This document shows, in pieces, positions 1 to 13,549 of a stretch of DNA of 64,000 nucleotides. Below the pieces are notes generated by a model. That model was not told the origin of the DNA, searched no databases, and worked only from the letters and a program-made list of their open reading frames with translations. The stretch's first letter is position 1. The number at the start of each line of letters is the position of its first letter. This stretch comes from Iphione sp. A-MEVVRFRX5 (lineage: Eukaryota): NCBI GenBank assembly GCA_976226885.1, contig OZ320315.1, positions 88,722,001-88,786,000 on the forward strand, read 5' to 3'. Position numbers and translations under genes: made by a program.

Positions 1-1424
1 AGGCTTTCCATTTCCAACACAGGAACCGGCTGTCTAGACAAGGAAATACCTAATTCCAAACGGATAACTCAGATTAAGCACATTGAGTGGTAAAGTGAAC
101 AACGAATTTGAATGTTGGAGCTGGAGAGAGGAAAAATCAATGTTTAGATTCTGAGAGTAAAAAGGCATAAAGGATACAATTTATGCGTGACAGATCTGAC
201 GGTGGAAGGATGGAAATACTCAGCGGAAAGCATTCAGGAATACTGAAGGCATCTATTTTATTTCCTGATAGTGTCTTTGACTCTATTCCATATAAATTGA
301 GTGACTGATCTGTTCTGGACTCGTCGGCCCATAGATGAGAACGAAGGGTATGTCTGAGTGAGTGACTGGCTGCTATCCAGAGTTTGTACGCTGTAGAGTC
401 CCAAGGCGAAGATAAGGCTCAAAGTCAGTGTTTAATGTGGGTCTTGCACGACAACACTTTCTAGCAGAGACCGCGAGAACTTTTACAAGACGCAAGCCGG
501 CAACGCGCTGTGTTGTATATCTGTGTTATGTCAGTTGGGGTGTGCGTGTGTGCGTGGGGTGAGTCTGTGGGATGGACTGAAAGGGCGGTCCACCTGGTGA
601 TGAAAGCTGTTTGTGTGTACCCAGAACGCCGCCTGGAGGCAGTCCACCAAGCAGGTGAGGCGAGAGGAGCGCCGCCACCGGCCCATAAACAAACCACTGG
701 TAGAAGAAGCTTTCCTTTCACTTAAGGCTCTACGTGTCTGTGTTCTTCTTTCTGTCGCCATCTCTGTTTTCATTTTCATTCGGATTACCTCGGAGGTAAT
801 TTTCTCCATGCCTTTCAATGTGTTCAGCCAGTGGTGAAGCTGCCTGAATTAGCGTAATTTCCCGACTGGAGCAATTACCGTTTTCTAGGTTGATTCTTAC
901 GTCGACAGAAAGCATAATAGAGACAATATGGGAGGCTCACTTGTTATAATTCTGGTAATAACAATCGCAATGTTGGTCAAAGAAAAATGCAAACCTGCCA
1001 CAGCGATTTACTCGTTATAAATAGGTTCTGACGTTTCCCCCCCTCCGTCCCCCATAGCTATGGGCTGCAGCGGACTTAGAAGATCTCCTCTGGCAAGCTT
1101 CAACCAGGATGTTATCGATAATGAAGCAAAGTAAATGTCACAATAGTAGGTTTTCATCATTGGTTTCGATAACTAGGCGATTTCAGCAAAGGTCATGTGT
1201 GAGGAGGAGCTGTATGGTGGAATGACAGAGCTTTGCTAGACCAATTTCGGAGCAAAGGAATGACAAGCAGTTGTATAACGTGACATCGACTCGAATTGTA
1301 TCAGGGTTTGGTGCTAGTAATAGAGAAGCAAAGCATGAAATACCATCATAAACTTTACAGTCATCGAAAAACGTGAGCTTGATGTAACTGTAGAACAAGT
1401 TTTAGTGATATGCATGTACTCAGG

Positions 1425-1456
1425 TTAAGGAGGCAGATTTTTAAGGAGGCAGATTT
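1425..1456. repeat. 16-bp tandem duplication (TTAAGGAGGCAGATTT x2)
   Basis: Two exact copies at 1425-1440 and 1441-1456, followed by TAAG. Confidence 0.85.
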
Positions 1457-4400
1457 TAAGACTATCAGTATCAGCAGTTCCCCTACTTCGCGTGAGTGAT
1501 GACTTCAATCTTTCCCAGTGGCTGACGAATTATATACAGAAAGACGTCTTTTTAATTACGTATGACAGCCTGTGCATCACATATGACCGATTCGTTTATG
1601 TTCCTCTTCGAATTCTATTACAACAGCAACGTTAAGACAAATGGCCATTACACGCATAGCTATTCTGGAACACTATGGGACTCCTACCATATTTTCAGGT
1701 CACAAAAGTTTCAAAATGATGTATATTATAATTTCCCTTGAAAAGTCGTAAATGTACTCTAATCATCTGCATGATCATCTCTTGAAAGAAAGTGTGCTTT
1801 GCAAGAAAATATCTCATGAACTCCATCCCTTCGTAGTTAGGCCAGTTTACTTTGCTATCCTTTACGATATTGGCTTCATTAAAACTATGGCGAATGACTT
1901 TGATCTGCGCCAACCATAATCTGTACAGATATTCTGCATTTTATACGGGATTTGCCTGTGAGAGGAGCATGTCTTAGTTAGAAATTTAGATGACACCACA
2001 TGTTCCGCACAGCGCCCGCCTCGTGTGACTCATATGCAGAAGGGAACGATAAACTTTTTCGCTTGTGTAGCTTGCTTGGGTTAGACACATCAATTAGGCT
2101 ACCATAATGACTGCGTGTCGCCTTATGCTTGCTCCAGTGGTCCGTAACAATACGTGCTTGTATCAATATCTACTGAGCTGTGTCACCCCTCTCCCAGAGG
2201 TACTGGGCTTGTCACAGTGATGAATAGACGTCTAAGAAGTGTTTACCCTTCGCGCCCGTGGATGCACTCATGCTGCTCTTACCAACACCTGTTCCCTCGT
2301 TAATTAGCCTTCGACTAATTATCTCCATCGCTTGCGGCATTTTGCTTCGTTTTTTTCTCTTCTTGTCAAAGTCTTTTTTTTCATCTGCGTTAGAAAATCA
2401 GATCAATTCCAGTTATGATTGATTAAGAGTGCCAGCCACACACACCATGAGAACCAGGTATTCATCATGCAAGGTGTGCCAGTTCTGGGTGACTGGTGTG
2501 AACTCGAAGGAAGTCATAGCACCGTGATCCTCAGTATCGATTCGATCCCCCCCCCCAGTGTAATCATGATACATGTATATTAATATGAATTCTACAGAAG
2601 CTTGCTCGTATTGATCACACCAATGTATGTGAACAAATGTTGAACTTGCCCGCCACGACAAAGGTACACTTAAAAGTACCACATCGCCCTTTACTGTTGA
2701 CTTAGTGCGCGAGCACTCACCACATGCACCACGTACACATCGAGGGGCATTATGATCGAAGTAGCAATCAGTTATACGGGAGCTTCCTGGGAGTAGCCAG
2801 CCCCCTTTCTGCTTTTATTCGCCACCGTTGTTAGCACCTGAAGGCCTTCCAAGAGAACCAAGTGCAAGTTGAAGTTGCGTGCTGGGCCCCGCCAGCCCCT
2901 GGCCGGAATGGCTGGGACACTGGAGAACTCGGTCCAGAGACGCACCAGGTGTCCGTTAATATCCGGCGGAAGTTGAGAAGGGTCGCGCACGCGCACCCAG
3001 AGGCTGGCACGTTTGGGGGCAGAGACTCATCCAGTCCTGCCCACACAGAGGGGCATTAGGATGATTGCCTCAGACATGATTGCTGATTCGCATGTGGATA
3101 ATTCAGGGCTGTTTTTGCCACTAAAAAAAGAGGGTGGGGGTGGGGGATCTTCAACTAGTAGTATTCGTCTGTGGGGAAAATCAGCTTTGGCAAATGGACG
3201 TCATATGTAAGCTCTACTATACACGAAGACCGAATCGTGGGCGAATGTTTGGCTTATTGGAAACGTAATAGTAGGTGATATTTCTGAGTAATAGCACATG
3301 AGAGCGAGGGCCCCGGCAGGCTTTTCATCGTGATGTTAATGTGCATGTGCATATGCAATAGGTAGGTGAATACCTGTAGGCCTTATCTACAGACCGCAAT
3401 AAAGCACATTTGTGGCCAGTATTTTACAGTATCTATAAATGACACGTGCTGATCCTATCCAGTATTATTAAATCATCAATTTTTTTGCAAGTTTATTCAC
3501 CTAAGGTGATGTTAGTTAGACCTTTCGGTCCAGTTACCCAACTTGTCCATCGCATTGAGTTGGTTATTTTCTTTTGCAATTTTAATACAAACATTTCGAC
3601 GCATTGCTATGTAGTCTGAGAATAATACAATGGGAGAAAGTGGTTTTATAATGGGACGGTATTTGTAAATGGACAGACGATACAACGGCAAGAAAATTTC
3701 CTTCGAATCACGCTGTGTTTTTATATATATTTCATATCGTACACATTCCGATAAATGTGGTCATATCGATACTGTAGCAGTGTATTCATTTAATCAAACG
3801 GCAGGCTGAAAAGGACTACGTTTCTACTCAAAGGCCATCTCTAGTAATGAAGCCATTTCCGTGCAACACGTTATCAATTAGGATCGAATGGCGCCATGTT
3901 GAAGAGACGCATACAGAAGGAATATCAATTATGTAAGGTAGTGTTCCCAAATTCAAACCAATGCAGGGCGCGGTTAGTGTGTGTTTTGAGGCACACCTCC
4001 TCTGACTCATCAACAGGATTCTGATGAAATGACATACAGTCGGTGGGAGCAGCGTATTAAGTAGTCTAATGGTATATTGTGTCTTGACTAAGTATTCCAG
4101 GCCTGTACGTGCCTCATAATCTCAGTCCGGCTTTCCGTTTCGCCTTTAATTATTCTTTTTTGTCAAATGAAAGTATCGCTTTCTAGATTCAAGTGATGCT
4201 GCTACCTTGTTCCCATCGGCCTGCTGAGACTATAACCTTTCATGGAAAGGATATGAAAGAATTGTTTTTTGAATCTTTCATAATGATGCTTTGACCCTCT
4301 GTTTACGTCACATTTATTCCCAAACTACGTGATGCACTGCATTATCGTTTTAGCAATCAGTTCTTTTTTTTCTTAAAAAAAGACCCTTTCTCCTCGTAAA

Positions 4401-6306
4401 AGGAATTACTGTAAGTCCTTTCAATGGAAGATCTGTGCTTTCATCTCCATTAGAAGTACTGGGTGTGGCAGATGTCCCTCGAGATGTTATAAATCGGTAT
4501 TAAGAGCGCGAGTCTCTCGACGATGCGTCGGCGCGAGGAGAGTCTCGGCAGGAGACGGGGTCGAGTGTGGTTAGGGCTAAAAGAGGGGGATGAAGGGATG
4601 GGTGGGGGTGGGTGGGGTGGGGGGAGAGGGGGGTGGACTGACTACCGCGCCCTGTGCGCACGCCGCCGCGCAGGGCGTACCACCTCAGGGACTTCAGGTG
4701 GGTACGGCGTCAGGCTCTCTCGTGTCATAGTCAATCTGGACGCTGACCACTCCAGGAGCGAGCTGCTCATCCATTATAGAGCGTGGGCTCGAACTTCTCG
4801 ACCCCCCATCCCCACCCTCCCCACACCCGTCCTCTCCTTGCTCTTCTATCTCCTCCTCCTTCTCCTCATGCGATGCCCGCCACCGCTGCCCGCCTAACTC
4901 GCTCTCCACAGGCCGCTAGGCTCCTCTCTATATGCGCCGTGTCTCGGCGGCGAGGGCGGCAGCCGCGGCCACCGCCACTGCAGTTGCTGCTGTGAGCATC
5001 CGGTCCCATCTGACAGATACACACTCTTGCCTGAGGCTCTGATTCCTTATCACATCAATGGATTTATCACAACACCGCCCCGTGCCGCTAACCGTTGGCC
5101 GCATGCAATATTTATCGGTGTGTCAACCACTGCGACCGGCGCCTCGTTCGATCTGCCCAAGTGAGGAAGCTTGGCCGAGAGTTTTTCCCTACACACTCAC
5201 ACACGCGTGCACACACATACACACTTCGGTTAGTGATGCGTCTCCATGCAAGGCGAAACTGCCTTTTTTCCCCTGCCTAACAATAGCTGCAGTATCCAGC
5301 CAATCCTTATCATAAAGCAGCCTGATCAACAGTAAAGACGGAAACATTTCCTGTAAGCTATCCATCTGTACGTACGTGGCTGATTAAATGGGTGTCCTTG
5401 TATAGCGCGTAGCTTTATATTCCCAGAAGTGTCGGACAGAAGTGTATGTGGCCAGACTCCCTATTTATGGAGTGAATGACTGGAATCAGAACACGGACGG
5501 AGCCTCTCCGATATGGCGGCTGATGTTTAAGGCCGGCATCAGGTGGCGCCTTGAGTGGCCTATGGTGTGTGCGTTCTTCCTCGTCTTGTCTTCCAGCTGT
5601 GGCAGACGGCAGTGCAATATTACTTCCAGTTACCTTAAACATCTTTCTTTGTGCAAACACAGGCGTCTATGAAGGATCCTTTCAAAGAGGCCCACACCCT
5701 TTCTTTCCATTGTGAAATGTCTACTGACTCGTGAAATGATATTTTCTTCTTTCCTGATCAAAACTGTCGACAATAAGGACCGCCTAACGTATTAATGTCG
5801 AAGGTTAATACTTCTTGTCAGCCACTCTTTCAATCACGACGTTAACAACTAAAAGTTTCTGCTGTAGTTAGGATGGGTTCGTTTCTTTTCGTCGTTTTGT
5901 TTGAAGAGGAATTTATGCGTTACGTTGTGACACAGGTCGATACAAGAAACCCGTCTGTGATGTTTTATGATAAAAAAAAGTCTAGACGACATGAAAATAC
6001 TCTTTTAATTTTATTCAAAAGAAGTACATGTATACCTCAAAGGGGGCCACAACGACATTCTGACACCGATACCTGGACCTGTTCTTACAGCATTGTTCTT
6101 AAATCATGATGTCTATTGGGAGCATGGTCAGAGTTCTGCAGTCTAGTTTTTCCCGGTCCCAATACGGCGAGCCTATAGATCATATTCCAGAGAGGCGTCA
6201 GCAGCGGCAAGGAGGAGGGGCACAGAACGGATGTTAGGAGTATCTATAATACGAATCTCTAGGGGTTGATTGTATCATCTCAGAAACTGCTACGGATGAG
6301 TGAAGG

Positions 6307-6335
6307 TATATATATATGTATATATATATATATAT
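6307..6335. repeat. (TA)n microsatellite, interrupted
   Basis: Direct reading; one G at 6318. Confidence 0.9.
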
Positions 6336-6779
6336 TTATGTCACGTTTGTGTTTAGTACTTCCTCTTCTTTGAGTCGAAGTTGAAATTGCAAAGGATTGA
6401 GTTTTTTTTTGTTATGTTACACATGATGTTAATTTTAGCACCCTGGACTGCTGTTAATCCGATGTTACTCAATAGCCTTTCCCAGAAAACCCACATATTC
6501 ACCCATTGATTTTCCATGACCTCTTGCTATTGTATCTTATATATAATTTTTTAACAACTTATAACAAAACGGCCTTGGTATAATACAAATTACCCGTAGA
6601 AATGATGCGGAAAAGGACACTGAATACCCACGCCTTCGTGCCCGGTGGTATGTTAAGGGGATCAGCAGTCCACCTGTTAGGCGAAACTGTATCTTCCTTT
6701 TGCCCTTCCCTTCATTTCGCCGTCGTCTCATATTCTAATTCCCATACGCCGCTGGGTCTAAGCTTTCTTGTGACCTTTT

Positions 6780-7024
6780 AAATTCTGTCTCTGTCTTACC
6801 TGTCCGTTTCTCTCAGCTCTCTCCTTCGCTATCTCTTTTCACATTTGTTATAGTCTCTTTCTTCTCAAATTATCTTTTTTCTTTCACCACTTTGTCGCGT
6901 CTCACACCTTACCCACCTTTCCATTTCATCTGTATCACACACACACCCTTCTGATACATTTTTTTCTCTCCTGCTCTCTTTCCCATACCTCTTATCTGTC
7001 TTTTCCCCCCTCACTCTGCCCTAG
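6780..7024 (+). repeat. Pyrimidine-rich low-complexity tract
   Basis: About 240 nt dominated by T/C, ending CCTAG. Confidence 0.75.
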
Positions 7025-7438
7025 GGTGTGATTTATACCTTCCGTCCTTTACCGTTTATGTATAGCTGTGGTGACGGCCGTTTCACAACACGGTCCCCAG
7101 TGGGTGCATTTGTAGGTGTGTCATTGCCACCCCGTCACACTCCTTCATTCCTCTCTTACAAACAACCTGTCAAACTCACACCCTTTCCACCCAAGGCGCG
7201 TGGAGTTATATTAGTGCGTAGTCCAAACACCCGGTGGCAGCACCGGCGTACACAAAAGGCAATGCCTATTTTCTTCCTTTTTTCGGTCTTATTTTTCGCG
7301 GGCATCCCGTCATTTAAGAAATAATTGAGCAAACGGTTTAACCGGAAAAAAAAACAATGGAGGACCACACGATGCACTCATTTATGAACCGGGAAGAGAC
7401 CATTACTTGACGTAAACGTAGAATTAGAGTTATGTACG

Positions 7439-7439
<1 letters not shown>

Positions 7440-7477
<38 letters not shown>
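7440..7477. repeat. (TA)19 microsatellite
   Basis: Direct reading. Confidence 0.95.
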
Positions 7478-7479
<2 letters not shown>

Positions 7480-10400
7480 TGCCGCCGGGCTGGAAACCAG
7501 TAAATAGCAAGAACAAATGCATACGGCTGTGCTGTACGCCGGGCGGCAGGCCGTGCGAAAGGGAGGATTGGCTATTGATTTAGGCCCCGGCGCCTCCATG
7601 ATAGATAGAGCCACGCAGCACAGAGGTCACCTGTCCAAGAACTGTCCCTACAACCCAACTCGGCGCCCGCCCTAATACTATCCAACATGCCAATTGGCAA
7701 TTTGACGCCAGGCGAAGCCCACTTTACATGGGAGCATTGCAGGTGGGTGGGGCAGGGAGGAGGCGGGTGGTATGGTTATGCGTTAGACGGAAGGCGGAAG
7801 GTGGGATAGATTGCGTGGCAGAGGTCAAGACCGCAGCAGAAGTACGAGCGGGTAGGTATGACCTACTGAAGTGAATTCACCAGTCACTACGGTGACACAA
7901 CCCATCTTAACGTCAAAACTTCGCGTTGTCCGCCGCCATTCGCGCAAACTCACAGCTCATGTGCCACAGCCAGCCTGATGACCGATTAAGGCGCATGACA
8001 ACAGCAATCCTCCGCGAGCAGGCTATTTTAAAGTTGGAAGGGCATCGGCAGCGAGAGGTTAGTCATGTAAGGAGCCTCTTAAGAACTGTAGAGGTAAAAG
8101 GACATAATTATCCCCTCTAATTTTGCTGGGCATGGTGTCTGAAACATTGTAAACATTGGTTAAAACCTCAGAATTCTGATCTTCTATTCAGGTGTACTAA
8201 GTACTTCTTAGACAAGAATAAGTTTCAATAAAAGCATTTATTACATTCAACAACTTATATACATCTACAATGACACTATCGATGAATTTGGTTTGATCTA
8301 GAGCGACATATTCCACACAGGAGCTACTTTTGGGAAAGGACCAGCTTGCCGAGCTGCTCGATGACCTACTCAATCTGAGCAATTCAAGGAATTTACAATG
8401 CGTAGTCGTAATTTTGTAAGACAGTAATGCACTTTAATCCAATTTAGGGAAGGAGGAAGGGAGCGGGGGGATTCACATCAACCCTATTAAGAGAGAGGTC
8501 TAGAAGGATCCAATTGGTTCGTTTTTAAGGTAACATTTATAGCGATTTATCATATTTCCTCGGCAGTATAAACGTTATTCCTATCACGGATGTACATGTA
8601 TTTTTTTCTTTGTCTTTATTTAACACGAGAAATATACATGAATAGTACATTTTACCCAGGACCATCGCAGCACCACGTCACACTAAAAGTAAATATGTAT
8701 AGATAGATAGTAAAATGGAAATGGATGAAACGGCTGTCCGGTGAGGGAGGTTAGTCGTCAGATACATAAACAGTAATAATAATAAATGTGTATTTGGAAT
8801 GGAAAGATGAGGGAAACAACTACACATAGAAAAGGTTGAGACAGTTTCCCTATGCTAGCAATCGAGACATATCAAGCAGAACAAGAACAAAAAATACCCC
8901 CTGTGAGTAAAGAAAATCAATCAGTAACATGGTGGAGATTACATATGGTATCATCAGGACTGTAAATTCTACTGACTACCTTTGGTGGCACTCAAAGAAT
9001 TATTATTGAGCCCAAAAGTAGGCCAAGTGCAGTAAGTTTCTCAAATAATTGTATCACGCTCCATTTGAGGCGAAAATTTAATTTCCTTCGGAAGCAAAAC
9101 GTTGCAACGACAAGGACCTAACCGCATTATGTAGGATAGTTATGAAGTGTCTCTCGTTTACCTTTTACAAATGGAAATTCAATTAGTGGGCCGCCTTTGA
9201 ATTGGAACGCTTCCTGTTCAATCATCCGCATGACATCCTTTGCTTATTAGAAAAACGTGGCCCCGAATAGATTACCAATCAGATCTAATGCAGTTGTCAT
9301 CTGATGAATCATGTTGTGATCTCACAGATCGACCTTTGTTGTTATTGTTTCGAAGATTTCAATCCCACTAACGTATTTCTATTATTTATCTTGATTATAT
9401 TATTAGATAATCATTCCAAGTATACGTGAAGTTAGACATATCTCAATGCAAAAATTTCCAAACGTCTATACTGGACGTTTACAGTCATGACAAGCCGTAA
9501 TTAATTAAGAAGGTTTCAAAAAGATGACGACCCTAAAATTCATCATTTAAGACATTGTTGATCATCATAAGTTACGTGTTTTAGAAACATTTGTGTGGAG
9601 GATATTGATATCGTGGGCGCAGGAATCTAAGTATTTCATGCCACCTTTCACCACGTGCCCCACTAAATAGTGGTGCGATATTTGTTCTGGAAGGGAACGC
9701 ATCTTTTTTCGGTGTTTCTTGTCAGTTGAGGATGAGCAGGGAAATCATAGTGATGGCTTTCAGACGAACACTCCAGATGGCGCCACACTACACATCACCG
9801 CAGGTCCCGTGTCTCAGGTCTCGTGAGAGTTGCCGTTGTACTTGTAGGAAAATAAAACATCTCTTGTCAGCAATAAATCTGTATGGACATCATACAAAAA
9901 CGCCAGGGCATTCTATTGAAACTTTAAAATCCGTGTAGTTCACCTATGAAAAAGCACATTCTCTTGAGTATAGTTTGACTAACGACACACCAGGGGGCAG
10001 GCCAGAGAAGGTGGTAAATCTCTGGACGCCATTCCGGCCGGTCGTGCCTCGTGGTAAACATATTGTGAACCGACATGATCTTCGCCTCTGTTTGACATTC
10101 CAAGAATATTTGAAGGACAGTGTCTCCCAATCTCTTCTCCTCTGCCATGTATCTAACCTGAATGTATCAGAAAGCTAGACGGCAGTAATTCACTCGAAAG
10201 TCCTACAGATGTCGCCCTGACAGTAACGATTATTTTCGAGCTAAAAGCAGACATCTCAAATTACCTCTCGAACGGAAAGGTGATGCTGTAAATGATACAT
10301 GACACCTACGTGTCTATGCAGCTCATAAGATGCAGGAGACATACTGATTAAAACCATCTCGACTCTCTTCACAGGTCTTAAAATGAGCCCCTCAAAACCT

Positions 10401-12155
10401 GCGTTGTTTTCGAAACTGTCAAAAATGTTTTTGCTCAAGAAAAAAATGCGGCAAAACCAATAAATTACGGATTAATCATCATGTTTCCAGGCAACACTAC
10501 CCACTGGGCCTGCGGTGATAATAAGTCAGCATTAAACATTCATCAGCGCTTTCATCCGATGGCTTGATTCATCATACGCTGCCTTAAGATGCGATGCTCC
10601 TGTCAATTTTGCCTTTTTCCCCCCTGATGAGAAAGGCCGACATCCGTCACCTGCCAATCAATCTAAAGCGGCCATCGTCCGCCTTCGATGCGTCGAGGAA
10701 GGCAATGTGTATATTTTCACCCGGCATCAAGACAGATGTCTGCAACTGTTGTCTTGGCCGTCATTTTTTAATATTTCGGATGGTGCGTACGATTGTTTGT
10801 TGTTTTGTTACATCATTTTTTGTAATGTTATTTATGCCAGCCCTCTGGGGAAGTGAAGCCTCCGTTTGTCCCGAAAGCTCTCAGCACAGCAGGTTTGGTC
10901 CTTCTTGGCGGCACGGGCTCTCACATCATATAAGCATAAACTGTATGAAATGTTGTGGGATATACGCCCGTGTCACGAAAATAATTTCTAAATTGAACCA
11001 GTGCTCACCTCATCGTCTCAACACAGAAGGCCAATTCACTTGCTCACGTATAGTTCGGATGGGGGGATTTTTCTTGTCGCGATTGACATAATATATAATT
11101 ACGTTATTGCAACGGTTTTACCAAGCGGCCGACTTGTCCGGGCCATTTATATCAATGTTCCAATTAAAGAGAGCGGTGAGTTTCATCGAACCAAGCATTT
11201 ATCCCTCCACCTGCAGCTCAAGGACCCCGGCTCTGAGAGCCTCCCCTTCGTAGCGTACTAATCTTTTGTAATTTGTACGCTCTGATTAGAATTCAATTGT
11301 AAGCAGCAGCAGCAGCAGTGCCCACAGCGTCTTGGCCGGGCTGCTAGGCCCCTAGGGAGAGGAGAGCCTACTTGGGTGTGACTGTCTTGCCCGGGTATCG
11401 ATGAAGAGACTACCCGCCTCTGACCGGAATACTGCCGACTTCAGCGCTCGGGTTCCCCCCACTTTCGCCGTCATTTTCGCAGCTGCTGTTGCACCGCATC
11501 TTGTGCTGTCCGCCCTTCAATATTCTTTCACCCGCCTGCCTACATGCCACTCACGGCACGACATAGTCACCGTCTAATACAAGGCATCGTAAGCCCCTCC
11601 CGAGACGCCGGCCTCCTCGGCCAGTGACGTCAAACCCCGAGCACTACTTTTAGATGTCAATGACAAAACGATTATACAGGACTAATCACATGCAGAAAAA
11701 TCGCTCTAAGACAGCGAGGGGATTGAGTATATCCACTTATGTAAATCCTGTTGAAATTTTACATTAAGGACAGCCCCAGACATTGAAAATTGCTTGTGCG
11801 TTAATGTATGGAAATAGGCCATGCCGAATAAAATCACTTTAAACGATTTAAGCTACCAGCTGTAAGTCGCCGTAAGCCAGATACTGAAAAGCAAGTATGT
11901 GCGATATGCTAAATAGATGACTATGAGTTTTTCTATTTTTTTTCTGCTTGTCAATCTGACCTTATATATTTGAATGGTGGAGATGGATATTAAAAGACAG
12001 GGTCATAAAAATGAGGGGAAAGAAAGGAAGTATAACAAATGGATATAGAAAATATAAGGAGGGAGATGACAGAGAATAAGAGGCAGACAAACAAACAGAG
12101 AGACAGCGGGTAGGCAGGCAGGCTGGCAGACAGACAGAATCAGACTAACAGGTGA

Positions 12156-12161
<6 letters not shown>

Positions 12162-12209
<48 letters not shown>
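12162..12209. repeat. (GA)24 microsatellite within a purine-rich tract
   Basis: Direct reading; preceded by CAGG/CAGA tetramers at about 12110-12140. Confidence 0.95.
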
Positions 12210-12214
<5 letters not shown>

Positions 12215-13549
12215 AGAGAAGGAGGGAATGGTGATAAAGTGAAAAAAGAGGCGTGCTTATTTTTGTATGCATACTAAAGATAGTCATTTTTCCTATCATA
12301 ATCGTTTCTAGTATTCTGTTCAGGGCTACAGCAATGGAAGTCTCTGTAGGTGATGTTTGAAAATAGCTGATGACTATTTCAAAGGACCTGCGGTGAACAG
12401 GGTGAAACTGTCAGCTCCTCAGAATCCAACAGGCCCGATCGGATCGAAGTTTTACTCCCTCTAACATCGAATGCTTCAATATGCTTGTACTTGTCAGGGT
12501 CATTTGCGGCCTCGCTCAAAGACATAGACTTCAGGCAGGTTTTTTTTTCTCCAGGTGGGGACCTTGTTTACTCGAAGCAACTTGGCTGTCGGCCTGTTAT
12601 CCTGCAAAAAAAGAAAATACAATGTATGCCAATTGTATATTTGTTGAACCGGCTGACATTTTAGAAATTAAGTATAATAGCTAGGTTTCCCTGTAAGTTA
12701 TGAATGAATATTTATTTATTTTCATTTAATCCCAAACATCTGCCAGTGCCCTTTTATTCCCCCTTTAAAACGATGAAATCTGTATGAAGGGAACTGTTTT
12801 TAGCAGCAGAATGGTACCATTATCTGGTCAATTATAAAGGAACAAATCGCAATGTGCGTTAAAATGCACTTCAGCTGCTTCCTTTTCCCTCTTGCCTGAT
12901 TTTCCTCTTGCTGTGACGTTAGGGGAAGAGTCCCCGAAGCAATCAGAACTGATGTAGCATTAGGCAGCAGCCCCTTTCACGTGCCTCGCTCCTCAGTCAC
13001 CTTAACACGCTGAAGGTTGGCAATTCCATCCCCAACAGGGGGACAGCAGGCATCTGTGGGACCTTTTCCTCTCGTTATCTAGTTAGTGTCACAGCCAAGG
13101 CGGAAAAATGGGACACTTGAGTCACGCTAGGAGCCCAAGTGAATAGGGATGTCCGCGAACAGTAAAACAAATGGGTAGATACATTTGGCAAGGAGATTGA
13201 TCCTCGCAGACATGTAGGTTTTCCGTATTCTTCCTAGGGCACAATATTGTCTCTTTCTTCCTAAGTGATTCGTTTTATTCTCACCTGAAAATTTGAAGAG
13301 TTCAGAATTCGTTTTCGTTCCGCACCAAAAAAATGGACTACCTGTGTGTATCTATGGCTGCCGGGGAATGTGTGGGGATTTGTGTATTTAGGCTCTGTTT
13401 ATTCCCGCAACGCCTAGGTAGGGAGATAAATAGGATCATACAGGTAAGCTCCCGGTCAATACCTCTACCTGGAGCCAAGGGAGCCTTTGTATGCTGTCCG
13501 ATACACCTTTAACCACTGTCAAGTCGTGAAGCCAGTCCAAATGTGAAGT

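Noticed and set aside
2393-2457. Strong pyrimidine tract and acceptors with a CAG|GTATTC donor
   Set aside because: The only frame-preserving version (2413-2457) has stops in all three frames, and there is no neurexin similarity.
10594-11091. 165-aa ORF
   Set aside because: No domain similarity or splice support; Cys/Arg/Ser-rich non-coding composition.
11625-11632. Full CRE sites TGACGTCA (also at 42927 and in the EGF exon)
   Set aside because: About one is expected by chance in this length; no clustering.
12144-12157. CTAACAG|GTGAGA as a recursive splice site
   Set aside because: The upstream sequence is purine-rich with no pyrimidine tract.
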